From positions 67,642,001 through 67,706,000 of the forward strand of contig OX597830.1 in NCBI GenBank assembly GCA_951406725.2: a stretch of 64,000 nt of DNA. The letters run 5' to 3'. The DNA comes from Octopus vulgaris (lineage: Eukaryota). Shown piece after piece: positions 13,201-27,600 of this stretch (its first letter is position 1; each line of letters opens with the position of its first letter). The notes under the pieces were generated by a model. It was not told the DNA's origin. It saw nothing but the letters and a program-made list of their open reading frames with translations, and searched no databases. The position numbers and the translations under genes are program-made.

Positions 13201-16200
13201 TGGAACAAATAGGAGCACTTGCAGAAAACAGCACTGCATGGAATCACTCGAATACTCCGGATGGTGATTGAAAAATAAGGAGTGTTACCTTAGTTTACTG
13301 GTAGTGAACAGCTGATACCATAGTACATCTCCAGCATTAGAAGCTGCGTAAAGACAATAAATAATAATAATAAGTATTATTATTATTACTATTAAGACGG
13401 TGAGCTAGCAGAATCAATAGCATGACGAGCAAAAGCTTAGCAGTATTTCGTCTGCTGCTGAGTTAAAATTCTGCCCATGTTGACTTTGCCTTTCATCTTT
13501 TCAGGGTCGATAAATTAAGTACCAGTTATGTACTGAGCTCGATGTAATCAACTAGTCCCCCCACCCAAGTTTGAGTTATTGTGCCTCCAGTAGAAAGGAT
13601 TATAATTAATTATATTTACATTTCAATTAAAAAAAATCATACCTTTAGTTTTTACAGCTTTGACCAAACGACGCACAAAAGTTTCAATTTTTGGAGTCAA
13701 CTGGAAATCTTTTATTTCTCCGATCATCGAAATGAGAAGGTTTGGCAATGCCAAATTCCATAGAAATGCTATAAAATACATCATCATTCCCATTGGGGTC
13801 TTGTGATCCACACGGAGAAACTGTATGTGAGATGAAAAAATTTGATTTATATAACCTGCGGTTTGATATTATGGAAAAGATAGTCAAATAGTAACAATTT
13901 GGAAATTGGATTTCATTGTGATGGTATATTGCCGGCATTCATATTAACGAGAATTGTGGTATTGAAAATGAAATACTTGAGAAGTTATGGGTTGTCCTGT
14001 TACAGATAAAATCAGGGAAATTTGCACAACAATTTCAATGGTTATAGGCCATTGATATTATTGTAATGATTATTTATTATATGCCTATTACGCTCTATGT
14101 TGCAACAAATTTGAATTTCCCCCTTATACATACAGCTTAGCCATGAATATAAATTTAGAATTAGTCATTTCTTTAAACAATTATTTACTACTAAACATTA
14201 TGTTACCCAGATCCTATTTTGTGACACTTATTTCCATCATTACACACACACGCATAAACTTACTGCTGACAAAGGTTGCGTGACGTTTAATTATAAATAA
14301 TTAAAAATATGCATTAAGTACAGGACATCACCAGCGAGTGAAAAATATGTAAACACACGACAGATAAGTACAGAGTAAGTATTAAAAGTATGCATTAAGT
14401 ACAGGATATTATAAACGAGGGAAAAATTTGTAAACACACAGAGATAAGTACAGGAAAAAACACCAAAGGAAGTTTAACTCCTCCTCAGTTGTCGGCTGTT
14501 TATATCTACCTGTTTTGAGCTTTCAATAAGACAATAAAAATTCATAATACAGCAGCATCCAGAAATTTTTAAAATACAAAATTTATGGAGAGTTGTGGCT
14601 TTGAAAGAACAAACGATACCAGAGTGGACATAAACAATCAAAGTGTGTTTATGTATTTTTCACTCGTTGGTAATAATCCTGTAATTAATGCGTATTTCTA
14701 ATTATTTTCGATTATTTATAAATGAACACCATGCAGCATTTCTCAGCAATAAGTTTTTATATTCATACATAATTTCTGTGACTCCACACTCTGTTCTCTG
14801 CTTATTTTCTTTCTTTCTCCCTATCCGTCTATAATCCTCTATATTTCTTTTTCTCCCCTCCTTCTTTGCGGTCCCCCATCTATCTTTCTTTGCTTCTCCC
14901 TTCTCCCCACTCCCTCTGTTTCTTTTCCTCTCCTCTTTCTTGTCCCCCTTCCCCCTCTGCCTGTTGGTCATACATGACTACAAGCCATTTTCCTCATCTT
15001 TCTGTCTTTTTTAAATGAGGTGTCTAGCCAGCTGGACATTAGTTTCTCTCGCAGCACGATATTTTTTCTTTTCTATTTTTTCTCTTCTATTCATTTTATA
15101 TCCTTTCAAAATTTCTCCCAGACATTACCAATTACAATCTGTTTTGGTCTAACAGCCCATAATATAATTCTTCATCAGTTGTTTACTCTGTACATCTGCT
15201 CTGGTGTTGTTTGTTTATTCGAAGCCCCAACTCTCTATAAATATTATATTTTAAAAATTTCTGGATGCTGCTATGAAGTTTTCCTGTCTTGTCATTGAAA
15301 GCTCGAAACAGGCAGTAATAAACGGTTGATAACTGAGGAGTTTGACTTTCTTTGGTATTTTGTCCTGTACTTATCTCTGTGTGTTTACATAGTTTTCACT
15401 TGCTTGTGATGTCCTGTACTTATTGTGTGCTTTTAATTATTTATAATTGAACACCATGCAGCCTTTGTCACTTTGTCAGCAGTAAGTTTTTACATTCATA
15501 TATTATTTCTGCGATTCCACACTCTTGATGTACATATATAATTATATATATATATATATAATAGAGATAGGTTGCAACGAAGAAAGACTACACATGGTAT
15601 AAATAGGGGGAAAGTAAAAAGAAAACAGAGAAAATGCACATTAGATTAGGAAGGTTGGTTTAAGGTTCCTAGCACATCTTTCTATGTGCTCATTGACCGG
15701 CATCTATCTATATGGTGGGTAGCAGATTTGTTCATTGTGAAGAGTTGTTCTTTGTTGGAGTGACATGCCTGTTTGGCCTATATAGTAATTTTTGCCCCTT
15801 TAGCCGGTAATAGCATAGATTAAGTTTTCAGAGCAACAGGTGAAATTTGATTTAATCTTAAATAGTTCACTTTATTTGAAGTGAAACTCTGTACCCTCCA
15901 AAAGGTGGGGGCATGTTCCACAGTTAGTCCGCCCACATTTTTTCACTTGTGGTTCCGTTGTTGATTGATATAGACTTGTGCTTGTTAATAGTTTTTCAAT
16001 GATTTCGGTTGCATTTTGCTCAAGTGTGAGCTTAAAATTTTGTTCATTGTTTTACCTCCAGTGAGAATGGGTAGATTTTGGGTGATGATGTTGAAGGCCT
16101 CATTGTTTCTAGGCTTGTATGTGGAGATGTATGGGAGTATTTTTTAGATCTGGAGTAGTATTTTGGTTACCTTCCTTTAATGCTTGTATGTCTATTTTTT

Positions 16201-16805
16201 CGCTCGTTTAATCTCATCATTTATTCATGATGGTAGGTAATGTCTCCTGATTAGTGTTGATTTAAGTTCAAGGTGTTTTCGTTTACGAGTATTGGTATCC
16301 CAAAATATAGTACAGATTCTTTTCGCTAGATTATAAGGTACGTTAATTTTTATGTGTTTGGAGTAGCATGAGTTGAATAATAGGTATTGTTTTGAATTTG
16401 TGGGTTTGTAGATGTCCATTTCGATGTGGCTATTGACTATTTTAATTAGGATGTCAAGAAAAGGAAGTTGTTTATTGCTGTATTTCATAGTGAATTGTAT
16501 GCTGCTATTGATATTGTTGAGCATTATTTTGAAATCAAGGAGTTTGTCCATGCTATCGTTCCTGAGTATAAAGCAATCATCTAAGTACCTCTTCCAGTTT
16601 TCCTTTAAATAGCAATGAAATGAGGTACCATATTTTTGTAGCGATGATTAGTAAATTTCAAGTTCTAGATGATCCATTACAAGATTCGCAATCACTGGTG
16701 CAGCTGGAGTTCCTATTGCAATTCCACATTTTGTCAATAGTAAACCTATATCGAACATGAAATAGTTGTTCTGTAGGATAAATTTCAGTGTTTTCTTTTT
16801 ACTTT

Positions 16806-16847
<42 letters not shown>

Positions 16848-19800
16848 TTGTAGTTTCAGCTCATAGCTGCGGCCATGCTGGGGCATTGGCGTTTTTTACT
16901 GAGAGCCTCTTCTAACATGTGGCACTTGGTGAAGAATAAAGTTTGATGTAGCTACCCTCATTTGCACCTCTTGCCACGAGATAGGTTCATCTGGGGCTCT
17001 CGACAGGAAGAGGTTCACCCTTGATTTAAAAATGTCTACATCTACTTTGTGCAGGTTCCTCAGGCTCTTTGGGAGAATATTAAAAAGCTGTGGGCTTCTG
17101 AAACCCAGGCTGTTAGAGTAAGGGGTCCTGAAGCATGATAGCACTGCTGGGATCTTTGGCACTGTACAGTATTGACTCATTCTAGCATTGGTGTAGCTTT
17201 CAATGTCAAAATTTGGCACATTTACTTCCAGGGGCTTCCAGATGTATATTACTGCATGCCTCTCCTGCCTTCACTGCAAGGCATAGAGTCTTAGCTGTTT
17301 CAGACTTTCCCAGTAGCTGAGCTGTTACAAAGAGACAATCTTCATTGTGAAGCTTTGCTGGATTGCTTCAAGGTGTGTCGTTAATTTCACACTGTTGGGT
17401 GACCACAGCTGTGAGCAGTTATCCAGACAGCTGAGGATGAATGTCCTCCAGAGGACCATCATGGTTTTCCTTATCTCTGGTTCTGAATGTTCTCAGGATC
17501 CATTCAGCCGCCAGTTGTCTGCACTTTGGTGCCATCCTGGTAATATGCACTTGGAAAGAGGTATCATCACTCATGTCAATACCCAGGTCCTTCACTGATT
17601 TAGGCTCTGGGATTGTAATTCCCTGTGGACCAGTGTACCCTATAAGTTTCATGTTCAGTTTTGGATGCTGGTAGTGCAGGGCCTGGAAGTTTTGAGCATT
17701 AAACTGCATGTTATTATCCTCAGCACATCTGTAAATTGAGTCCAACTCCTGCTGCATATGTGCAACATCACTGGGGTTCTGTATTTTCTGTGAGACTTTC
17801 ATATCGTCTGCGTAGCTAGCAAGGGTGGCTATCCGGGCAGTTGAGGGCATATCTGATCGGGCCACTATGAAAAGCAGTGGTCCCAAGACAGTACCCCGTG
17901 GAACACTGCTCACTATTTGAGTTTTCATTGAGTTGGCTCCATTGACCATGACTGCCGGACTTCTATCTTTCAGAAAGACATGTAACCACTCTCCAAGTTT
18001 TCCAGCTATGCTAAGATCACGCAGTTTGTGTCATATCATACCATGATCCATTTTATCAAATTGAGGGAATAATGGAATGGGTATTTATTCACACACACAC
18101 ACACACATATATGTCCCAGTTTGTATGATTCTGTATAGAGCAATATATTAATGAAATTCCAACGTAGTCTGATTTTCACCTTTTATTACTTGGAATTTTT
18201 ACAATTTAAAAATTTTACAATTTCATATTATGGAAATGAACTTTCAAGTATTATGCAATCATCAGGTATATGTAGTGACAGTCGTGTTCCACAATTGACA
18301 TCTGGTTGGCTTTAATCTCTAAATATCCTCCGACGTTCTCTAGCAGGCTGAATCTTATGAATTATATTTTCACCAATCAGCATATATCTATATATATCTG
18401 CCCCTGGGAGCTCCTCTATGCTGATGACCTTGCTCTAATTGCTGAGTCACAATCAGAACTAGAGGAGAAGTTTCAGGTGTGGAAGCAAGGATTAGAATCG
18501 AAGGGCCTTAGAGTCAACCTAGCTGAAACCAAAGTAGGAAGGCAGGCAAACCACAAATCCCTTAAGGTAGATGGCCCTGATCGATCTGTAGAAAAGGCGT
18601 AGGTAGAAACTCTATAAGATGTATCCAGTGTAAGTTATGGACACATAAGAGGTGCAGCAATATCAAAGGAAGGCTAACTAGGAGGATAGATTTTGTATGT
18701 GGCAGATACTCAGGAGCAATAAACACTGAAAATATGCAGAGAACAACTCCTGCCACATTCCAGGGAGACAAATTGCAAGAGGTTGATAGCTTCCATTATC
18801 TAGGTGACCAAGTCAGTAGTGGGGAAAGGTGTTCTGAAAGTGTAGCTGCTAGAATAAGAATAGCCTGGGCAAAGTTCAGGGAGCTCCTACCTCTGCTAGT
18901 GACAAAGCGCCTCTCACTCAGAGTAAAAGGTAGTCTGTATGATGCATGTGTATGAACAGCCATGCTACATGGCCTGGAAATATGGGCTGTGACTGCTGAG
19001 GACATGCGTAAGCTTGCAAGGAACGAAGTCAGTATGCTTCAGTGGATGTGTAATGTCAGTGTGCATAGTCGACAGAGTGCCTTGAGTGAAAGTTGGACCT
19101 AAGAAGCATCAGATGTGGTGTGCAAGAGAGACAACTGCGCTGATATGGTCATGTGGTGCAAATGGATGAGGATAGCTGTGTGAAAAAGTTCCACACTCTA
19201 GCGGTTGAGGGAACCTGTGGAAGAGGTAGACCTAGGAAGACCTGGGGTGAGATGGTGAAGCATGACCTTCAAACATTGGGCCTCACCAAGGCAATGACTA
19301 GTGACCGGGACCTTTGGAAATATACTGTGCTTGAGAAGACCCGACAAGCTCAAATGAGACAATAAACTTGTGACCTATGCCATGGGTGTAACCAGTTCAC
19401 TTATGCATACCTTTCCTTCATTGGACACAAAACTCTGCTTGCGAAGACCTGTTGAGGCAAGTGAGATCGAAATCAAAATCAAATTCGATGACTGGCATCC
19501 GTGGTACCATATGAGCGTGACCGTTACCAGAGCAACTACCGGCCTCTTTGCCGATGGCACATAAAATGCACCATTCGAGTGTGATTGTTACCTGCGTCAC
19601 CTTACTGGCACTTGTGCTGTTGGCACGTGAAAAAACGTTCGAGCAAGGTCATTGCCAGAGCTGCTGGACTGGCTCTTGTGCAGATGGCACATAAAAAGTA
19701 CCATTTGAGCATGGCCGTTGTCAGTGCTGCCTGACTGGCCCTCATGCTGGTGGCACATAAAAGCACCCACTACACACTCGAAGTAGTTGGAGTTAGGAAG

Positions 19801-21616
19801 GGTATCCAGCTTTAGAAAGTCTGTCATATCAGATTGGAGCCTAGTGCAGCCACCTGGTTTGCCAGACCTCAGTATGGGAAGCGGATGTTAAACGATGATG
19901 ATGATGATGATATATATATATATACATGAGGAGTTCAGTTCACTGGTAATCTAAATGAATAGGTACACTTAACTACTATAATTGGTCATCCGTTAGGTTT
20001 TAAGTTCACAGTGAAGGCTGGAGCTAGGGATCAGTATTAAGGTTCTGTGTTAGCAGGTATATATTGAAGGAAAAGGACAATAAAAATCAAGGCAGGACGA
20101 CTATCTCAAGTCATTTATAATAATTTAATTAGAGTAAGGTGAAATTAAAGTCTTACAGCAGTTTCTAAGATATCCCAAGTGATAAGCTAGCATGTCTGTA
20201 CACTGGGTACTCCCTTAAGGCGAGTATGTATGAAAGTTCTAGGCAGGAAAATTCACAGTTCATAAGGAATAAAAATAGAGAAATAAAGAGTAGAAGTAGA
20301 TAGAAGAATACAGATAGGAGAAAAAAATTGAACACATCTTTTAAAATACTGCCTGGATCTACCTGGGATCATACCTAAGGGACTATTCAATCCCAGAAGT
20401 ACGGACCAACCTCCATACCTTCTGGAAAAAAATGAACTGTGAACTTTTTTCTTTGATACACACCAATATGAAAAATAATTGCCAGTTTACAAAAGAATGA
20501 AAGTGTATGTAAATATATTCACAAAAGATGTAAAATGTTGTTGCCATACAAATCCATTGGCAAAATCATGAATCTATTGAATACAATTTTTACAAACAGA
20601 TATCAATAAAGATTAAAAAAAAACATTAAAAAAACAATTACCTTTGCAGTTTTCTTACATCCTACAAAATTTACTGTACCGAATGCATCACAGGGTTTTG
20701 ATGGTTCCTCATCTAAAGTATTTCTATCAAAAGAGAAATAGAAACCAAATCAATAGTTGAAGTGAAGTTGTGATGGGGAAGATAGAAATTGATTAATAGC
20801 AAAATCAAGTAATAAAGAACTTCCCCAATGAAAAATACAAATTTTCACAGATATAGATACTTAAATCCCTACACAGAAATAGGTAAATGTCTTTTAATTT
20901 AGTTTAATCAAATAATGATTAATTTTAAGCAATAATAACACCCTTAGTGGTTAGCCATATTGAGATGGCTAGTATACTTTATGATTAATTTTAAATAAAC
21001 TGAAAAGGAATAACAAGAAATATTTTACCATCAGAAGTAAATGTAGAAAATGGGATACATAGTGGAATAATGATTCAGCATCTGGGATGGTGCTGATATC
21101 ATAAGATATCATAAGACCAATTCCAGAAAGGTACTCATGTGACTGGCATGAAGTCACCAATACAAGCCAAATTCTTACCCATAGATGTGCTGTGTCCTCT
21201 CTTTACCTTTTCTATCACTAATACAATACCCTCTACTCCTCAGAGCTGGTTGCTCTCTTGCTACTTTATCTAGATACCACTGATGCACACATCTCTTGTA
21301 TCCATTAGACTAGAACCCACACTAACAGTAATGCCTGTTTTCCTGGAGGTATAGTTGAAGTGAGTGGGAAAGCAAGTGAGGGGGAGAGACAGAGAGGAAG
21401 TGAAAGAGAAAGACAGAAAGTGAGTGAGACAGTGAGTGTTGACAGCAAGGAAGGTGGCGTTCCTTTTATTGCTTTTAAATGTTTATCAGTTTTATCAGAG
21501 TAGGACTGCTGCATATATCGAAAGAAAAATAGATACATACGTACATGGATACATACACAGATTGTTAAATTAAAAGTGTGAGAGAGGAGGGACAGAGAGG
21601 AAATGAGATAGATAGA

Positions 21617-21651
<35 letters not shown>

Positions 21652-24600
21652 AGAGACAGTGAGTGGTAACTGAAAGGAAGGTGGTGTTTGTTTTGTGTTT
21701 TTAAATGTTTATCAGTATTTTTAGAGTAGACTGATACATACATCGAAAGAAAAGTAGATACATAAATACACAGACACATTGTTAAATCAGAGACAAATAA
21801 CTACAGAAAATATTGGATGTCACTTTCATGTTTCATTACCACACAAAGATAAAAATTAACGTGCAAGTGGATGAATACTCCACAGATTACACACCATTAA
21901 CATACTTGTCAGAGATATTCAGCCTCACACAGAATGTGACAAGGCTAGCCACTTTCTATTACAGCTACAACTCATTTTGGCCAGCTGAGTGGACTGGAGC
22001 AAGATAAACCTTCAAATGGTTGGAAGAAAATGAAAAAGATCTTATATAGGGGTAGGAAAATCTTTTTAATCATTCGGGTCACAATGGATGTAAATTCGGT
22101 CCTAACAGTGACATTTGTAGGTCTCACAGATTTGGAGGCCAAGCTCTCATATAAACATTGACGCACAGGCAGTTTTTATCAAACTGAGCAGGAGTCCAGG
22201 GGGGAGTCACTACACAACGGAATAGAAATTATTTCGTCTTAGCTTTCACTGCTTATACTGAACACACAATATTTTTGCCTTACAATATGGAACATTTCCT
22301 GTTCTTTCACTCTTTTAAAAACAGCACTCTATCGGTTATGACAATGAGATTGCTATTTATCTATTCAACAGAACAGTCTGCTCATAAAATTAACATGCAA
22401 GTGGCTGAGTACTTCAGCTGAGTGGACAGCAGCAAGGTGAAGTAGAGTGCCTTGTCCAAGAACACAGCACACCGCTGGGAATCGTACTCATGACCTTACA
22501 ATCGTGGGCCAAATACCCCTAACCACTGAGCCACACACCTTCACTCTCTTAACCACAGAGAAAAGGAGAGAAAAGATAGAGACAGGGAAAGGAAAGCTTC
22601 AGTCATTTAAAATGGTAATTAGATTGAAATACGATTGATTTTTTCTAGCTTCTTTACTTTTAACAATGAAGAAGAGAGAAAGACATTTAGTTATGAATAT
22701 AGGGAAAGTCTTTCAGGTGTTTAGGTTTTCCTTCTGGGAGTTCTAGAAGGATTGAGTGTTAGCTCTCTCTTCTTGCTCCAATCCCTGGTATTTATTCACC
22801 TAGTTTGATAGTTCTTCATGTCTTTTAGTTGGGGGTGGGGACCATGTAATTTTTAGAGATGTTTAACGTTTTCTGTATAAACTACAAAGAAGCCACCCCA
22901 TGTCTTTGGTTGTTTCTTTCTCATACAAAAATTAATGCAAATTACTGCATCTTTCCTTACCAATAAACCTTGGATGAAAGTTAAGCATTTAAACATATCT
23001 GGTGTTAATTTGTTGATTTTAAATCTCTCACTTTCCTTATTAATGATTCCACTGTATGTAGTAAAATCTTCGTCCTTTTTTTCTATAAAACTCATGCATT
23101 GCTAGCATATGTTACATAAAGAGTGTTTTCCACTGAAAATCTTTGATTCACCGTTTCTTCAGAACAGATTTCACCCAGTTTCTTTGGTTATATGAAATTG
23201 CTTTATTTCTCATGCTCGGCAGTTGTCATCTTTCTCAAAACAAGTTGAGTTATTTTTTCGTCTTGCCAGTTACAGCATTCTTCTCTAAGAACTTCCTCAT
23301 ACCTTCTAAAGTAAGCAGAGAAGGTGGTACCCTCCTCTGGGTTACATGCGAACTCTTAGATTGAGTTTGTGACAGTGTCAGGGTTGAATGAACTAGATGT
23401 ATTTTCTGTTTTCTTCTGTATTAGTTGTACTAACAGTTGCTGTTGCTTCTGAAATTCTGTTGTTATTGTAGCTGCTGTCGTAACTGAATTACGGAAGCTA
23501 GTAAACCTTCTATGTTCAAACAAATATCAGTCCAGCAAGAGCTTCAAATAATCCTGTCACCAAAAATGTCATGGCATGGGGGTACACATCAAGTGTAAAA
23601 TGGTATGACTCATTATTAAACAGTTGGTTGTGGTCATCTAAAAATAAGCTATTGCAGAAATATATGTTAACACAGAACGCACACACACTACTCCAATGTA
23701 GGTACGATACTCAGCATTCACTATTCAACTACTGACTGTTAAACAAAACCATGTCAAATTAACACGTTAAAACAACATGGTTGAACTGACACCGTCAACT
23801 ACCTGATAGTTCAATAATCAGATCTTATTTATAGTAATCGGTTAGTCCAATTTTAGTCACTTCGGGGGTGTTCGGGATTCTTCCATAAAAATATGTTATA
23901 AGAAAATAAGAGGGAAATCTGGCAGAGGTATCATTAATACGCTGGGCAAAATGCTAGCAGCATTTTGCTCATCTTTACTTCTTGATTTCTAGTTCAGCTT
24001 AGGTTGTCTTTCTGAGTTGATAAATTAAGTACCAGTTGAATACTGGGGTTGATGTATCTATATACCCCTTCCCTGAAATTGCTGTCCTTGAGTCAACCTT
24101 TGAAATCAATATTTTATAAGAAAATATAATAAAGCGATTATAAAAATATAAATATGTTGTGGTGGTTATCACTCATCCTCCATGAGGAAGTCATTTTAGT
24201 TTCAACACACAAAATTAGAACAAATCTCTCATTAAAAACATAGAATTCGATATTCAGTGAAAGAATACAAGCAGCCTTTGTGCATCAGTTTCATCGACTA
24301 TGTAAAGACTTTGAAGAACATCAAGATGAATGCAGTGCCAAAATCACTTGAAATTCAAAGAGTCAAAATGTAATACATCAAACTGCTTAGGGCTGTGAAA
24401 GCCAGACACACACACACACCCATCTATATATATATGGGGATATAATTCAAGCTGTGTTCTCATGAAGCACATCTCTCTCTCTCTCTCTTTCTCTCTATCT
24501 ATCTATTTATCTCTCCTGGTAGTCCATGAATATAATTAGGATCATCATTAGCAGATATTATGGATTTCCCATTGAGTTTACAAACCAGTTTAAAGTTTTG

Positions 24601-27600
24601 TTTAATTTACATCAATCTGTTCCTTATACAATAGAGAAAGGAATCAATATCACAAAATGTAAATTCTTTCACCAATAAAAGGTGTGTGATTGTTAAAATT
24701 ACTCTTCCAGGCAATAACAGAAGAATTTAAGATGGGCTGCCCCTGGGAGCTCCTCTATGCTGATAACCTTGTTCTTACAGCCGAATCACTACCTGAACTA
24801 GAGAAGAAATTTCAGATGTGGAAGGAACGTCTAGAATCAGAGACCTTAGAGATAATCTAGCAAAAACAACCAAAGTTTTAGTAATTAGGAAAGCAGACAA
24901 ATCCTAGATCCTTTCTAGTAGATGTTCCTGCCTGGTCCGTAGGAAAAGTATAAGTAGAAACTTCATAAGATGTACCTGGTGTAAGCTATGGATACATAAG
25001 AGGTGCAGCAATATCAGAGGAAGGTTAACAGGGAAATAGTTTTGTGTGTAGTAGGTGCACAGGTACAATAAACACTAAAAATGTACAGAAAATAGATTCC
25101 ATCAAATGCCAGGGTGAAAAGCTAGAAGTAGTTGATAGGTTCCATTATCTAAGTGACCAAATCAGTAGTGGAGGTGGATGCTCTGAGTGCATAGCTACAA
25201 AAATAAGAATAGGCTGGGCTCAGTTTAGAGAGCTCTTACCTTTGATGGCAACAAAGAGAGCCTCTCCCTTAGAGTGAAAGGTAGATTGTATGATGCCTGT
25301 GTGCGAACAGTCATGCTACATGACAGTGAAACATAGACTGTAACAGCCAAGGACATGTGTAGGCTTGAAAGAAATGAAGCTAGTATGCTTTGCTGGACGT
25401 ACAAGGTCATTGTGAATGTAGGGTAGAGAGTGTCATGAGAAAAAAGTTGGGCATAAGAGATATCCGATGTGGTGTGCAAGAGAGACAACTGTGCTAGTGT
25501 GATTATGTGATGCATATGGATGTAGACAGCTGTGTAAATGTGCTGATTTCTAAGGATAGATTTAACCTGTGGAAGAAGTAAACCCCAGAAGACATGGGAC
25601 GAGGTGGTGAAGCATGATCTTCGAATGTTGGACCTCATGGAGGCAATGACTAGTGACTAAGACCTTTGGAGATATGCTGTGCTTGAGAAGACCAGTCAAG
25701 CCAAGTGTCAAATCATAGTTGTGGCTGAGCTGGTGCCATGTAATAGGTGTTCCATGCCAGTGGCATTCAAATAGCACATTTCGAGCACAGGGCCTCATGA
25801 GGTAATGATGCTGATAAAAAGGACCTTTAAAGCTTTGGGCCTCACAAACAATCGAGACATTTGGTACTTGTACTTGTGATGGCGTTCACCCAGGGCAAGT
25901 TGAGCCAGCTTCTTCTCTGGTCCTAACGGCATCACGAACCATGGCAGCTCACACTCGACGGTTCTGTGCGAGGTCACTGGAGATAGTGAGCCATTCGCGG
26001 TTCCATCTGCGCAGACCAACCACCTGCAGACCTGACACACAACTGACACTGGAACCAGTAGCACATTAAAGCACCCTTAATTCTCTTCGAGTGGTTGGCA
26101 TTGGGAAGGGCATCCAATGGTAGAAACCATGCCAAATCAGACTAGTGTCTGGTGCAGCCCCTCAGCTCACCAACTGTCCAACCCATGCTAGCAGATGTTA
26201 AAAGATGATGTTGATGATTAATGGTATAGCTATCTTAAGAGAGATAAATGTAGAGAAACGTTAGATTGCTATATTAAAGGCCAATCATTTGCTTTTTGTG
26301 AGCCATCTGTTATTTTTCCATCTGTATGCCATTCATAAATAATACTAGTGATCTAATGGAGTAAGATTTAGAAGAGTAGCAATTTAGTATGCTATTTAGT
26401 ACCTCAATTTTATGTCTTCCTGTACCAATTCCTGAACATCATCCTGCAAATAAAAGAAATGATATTGAATATGAGAAAAAATGTTGGGGATTCAACTATT
26501 GACAATCTTATAGCATCAATTTTTGCCAACGATTATAGAAAAGGTATATTTCTTTTAAAACGTTTTTAAAACCAACATTCTTAACAGCCCTTCTCTAAAA
26601 CTTCTAATCTTTGGAACTGCAAAAAAAATTTCTATAGAATTTCTGAATGATCCCCACAAGAATATAATGGTGATTCCATATGACATATTCATACTTAGAA
26701 ACTGTAAGATCTGAGTTTCCAATGACAAGCCAAATTTATGTCTATCTCAGTTTGTTAAATCAGGGGTTTTAATTTAGATGGCTATATTTTTTTAAGTCAC
26801 TTTGGTGTATCAGTTAGCATGGCTAAATAATTTACTGGAGAGATAGTGTTCTATTTCCATAAATATTCTTAGCACATTTTTTCTGTCTTCTTGTTTATAA
26901 GATATACCATCCCTTGATTGTCTTACAACATCTGGGGAAATTAGGAACTGGCTCTACTGATATGAAAAATAGTAAGTTAGCCTCCATCTTATCTAAAATA
27001 ATTTTCCACCACTAATGATATGTAAACTAGCAGCTTACTCAACAAATTTCAAAACAATACTAGTCTGGTTTACCAATATGATACATTGTAGCTCATTCTT
27101 CTAATACGAAAAACAGCATCCAATAATTCTAAACTGAAAACTACTACACTGGCCATAATAGTATGACATAAAGAAGCCTGCTGTAAATGTATTGCATATA
27201 GTTGCTGGATCTACCTGTTGGAAAACTGGTAGATGGCTCCACTAGTTTGAAGAATAATAGCTTGGTCTACAGGTATAAAAAATAGTAGCCTGTTGTACCA
27301 ATATTGGAAAATATATAAATATATTTCAAAACATTATATACAGCATTCTTTTATACAAAAAAAAAAATGAAATTCTCAACAAACCATTCGTTATAGTTTA
27401 TGCAAATAGAACTAATCAAAGAATTATACAAAATTAAAAATAATTACTTATCTGCTTTTCTGAACACTTACCAATATAGGTATTTTTAGTGGAAAGTTTG
27501 GAATACAGCATGAGATAGTTCTTTGAAACGGTAAACTATTCGTATTGCTGTAAAATAAGTAAATGAGAAAATTCCTGATTAGTAAAGTGAATTTGACATG

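Noticed and set aside
14702-14971. K/E/R-rich ORF
   Set aside because: Purine-rich low-complexity spacer inside an inverted repeat; no splice or domain support
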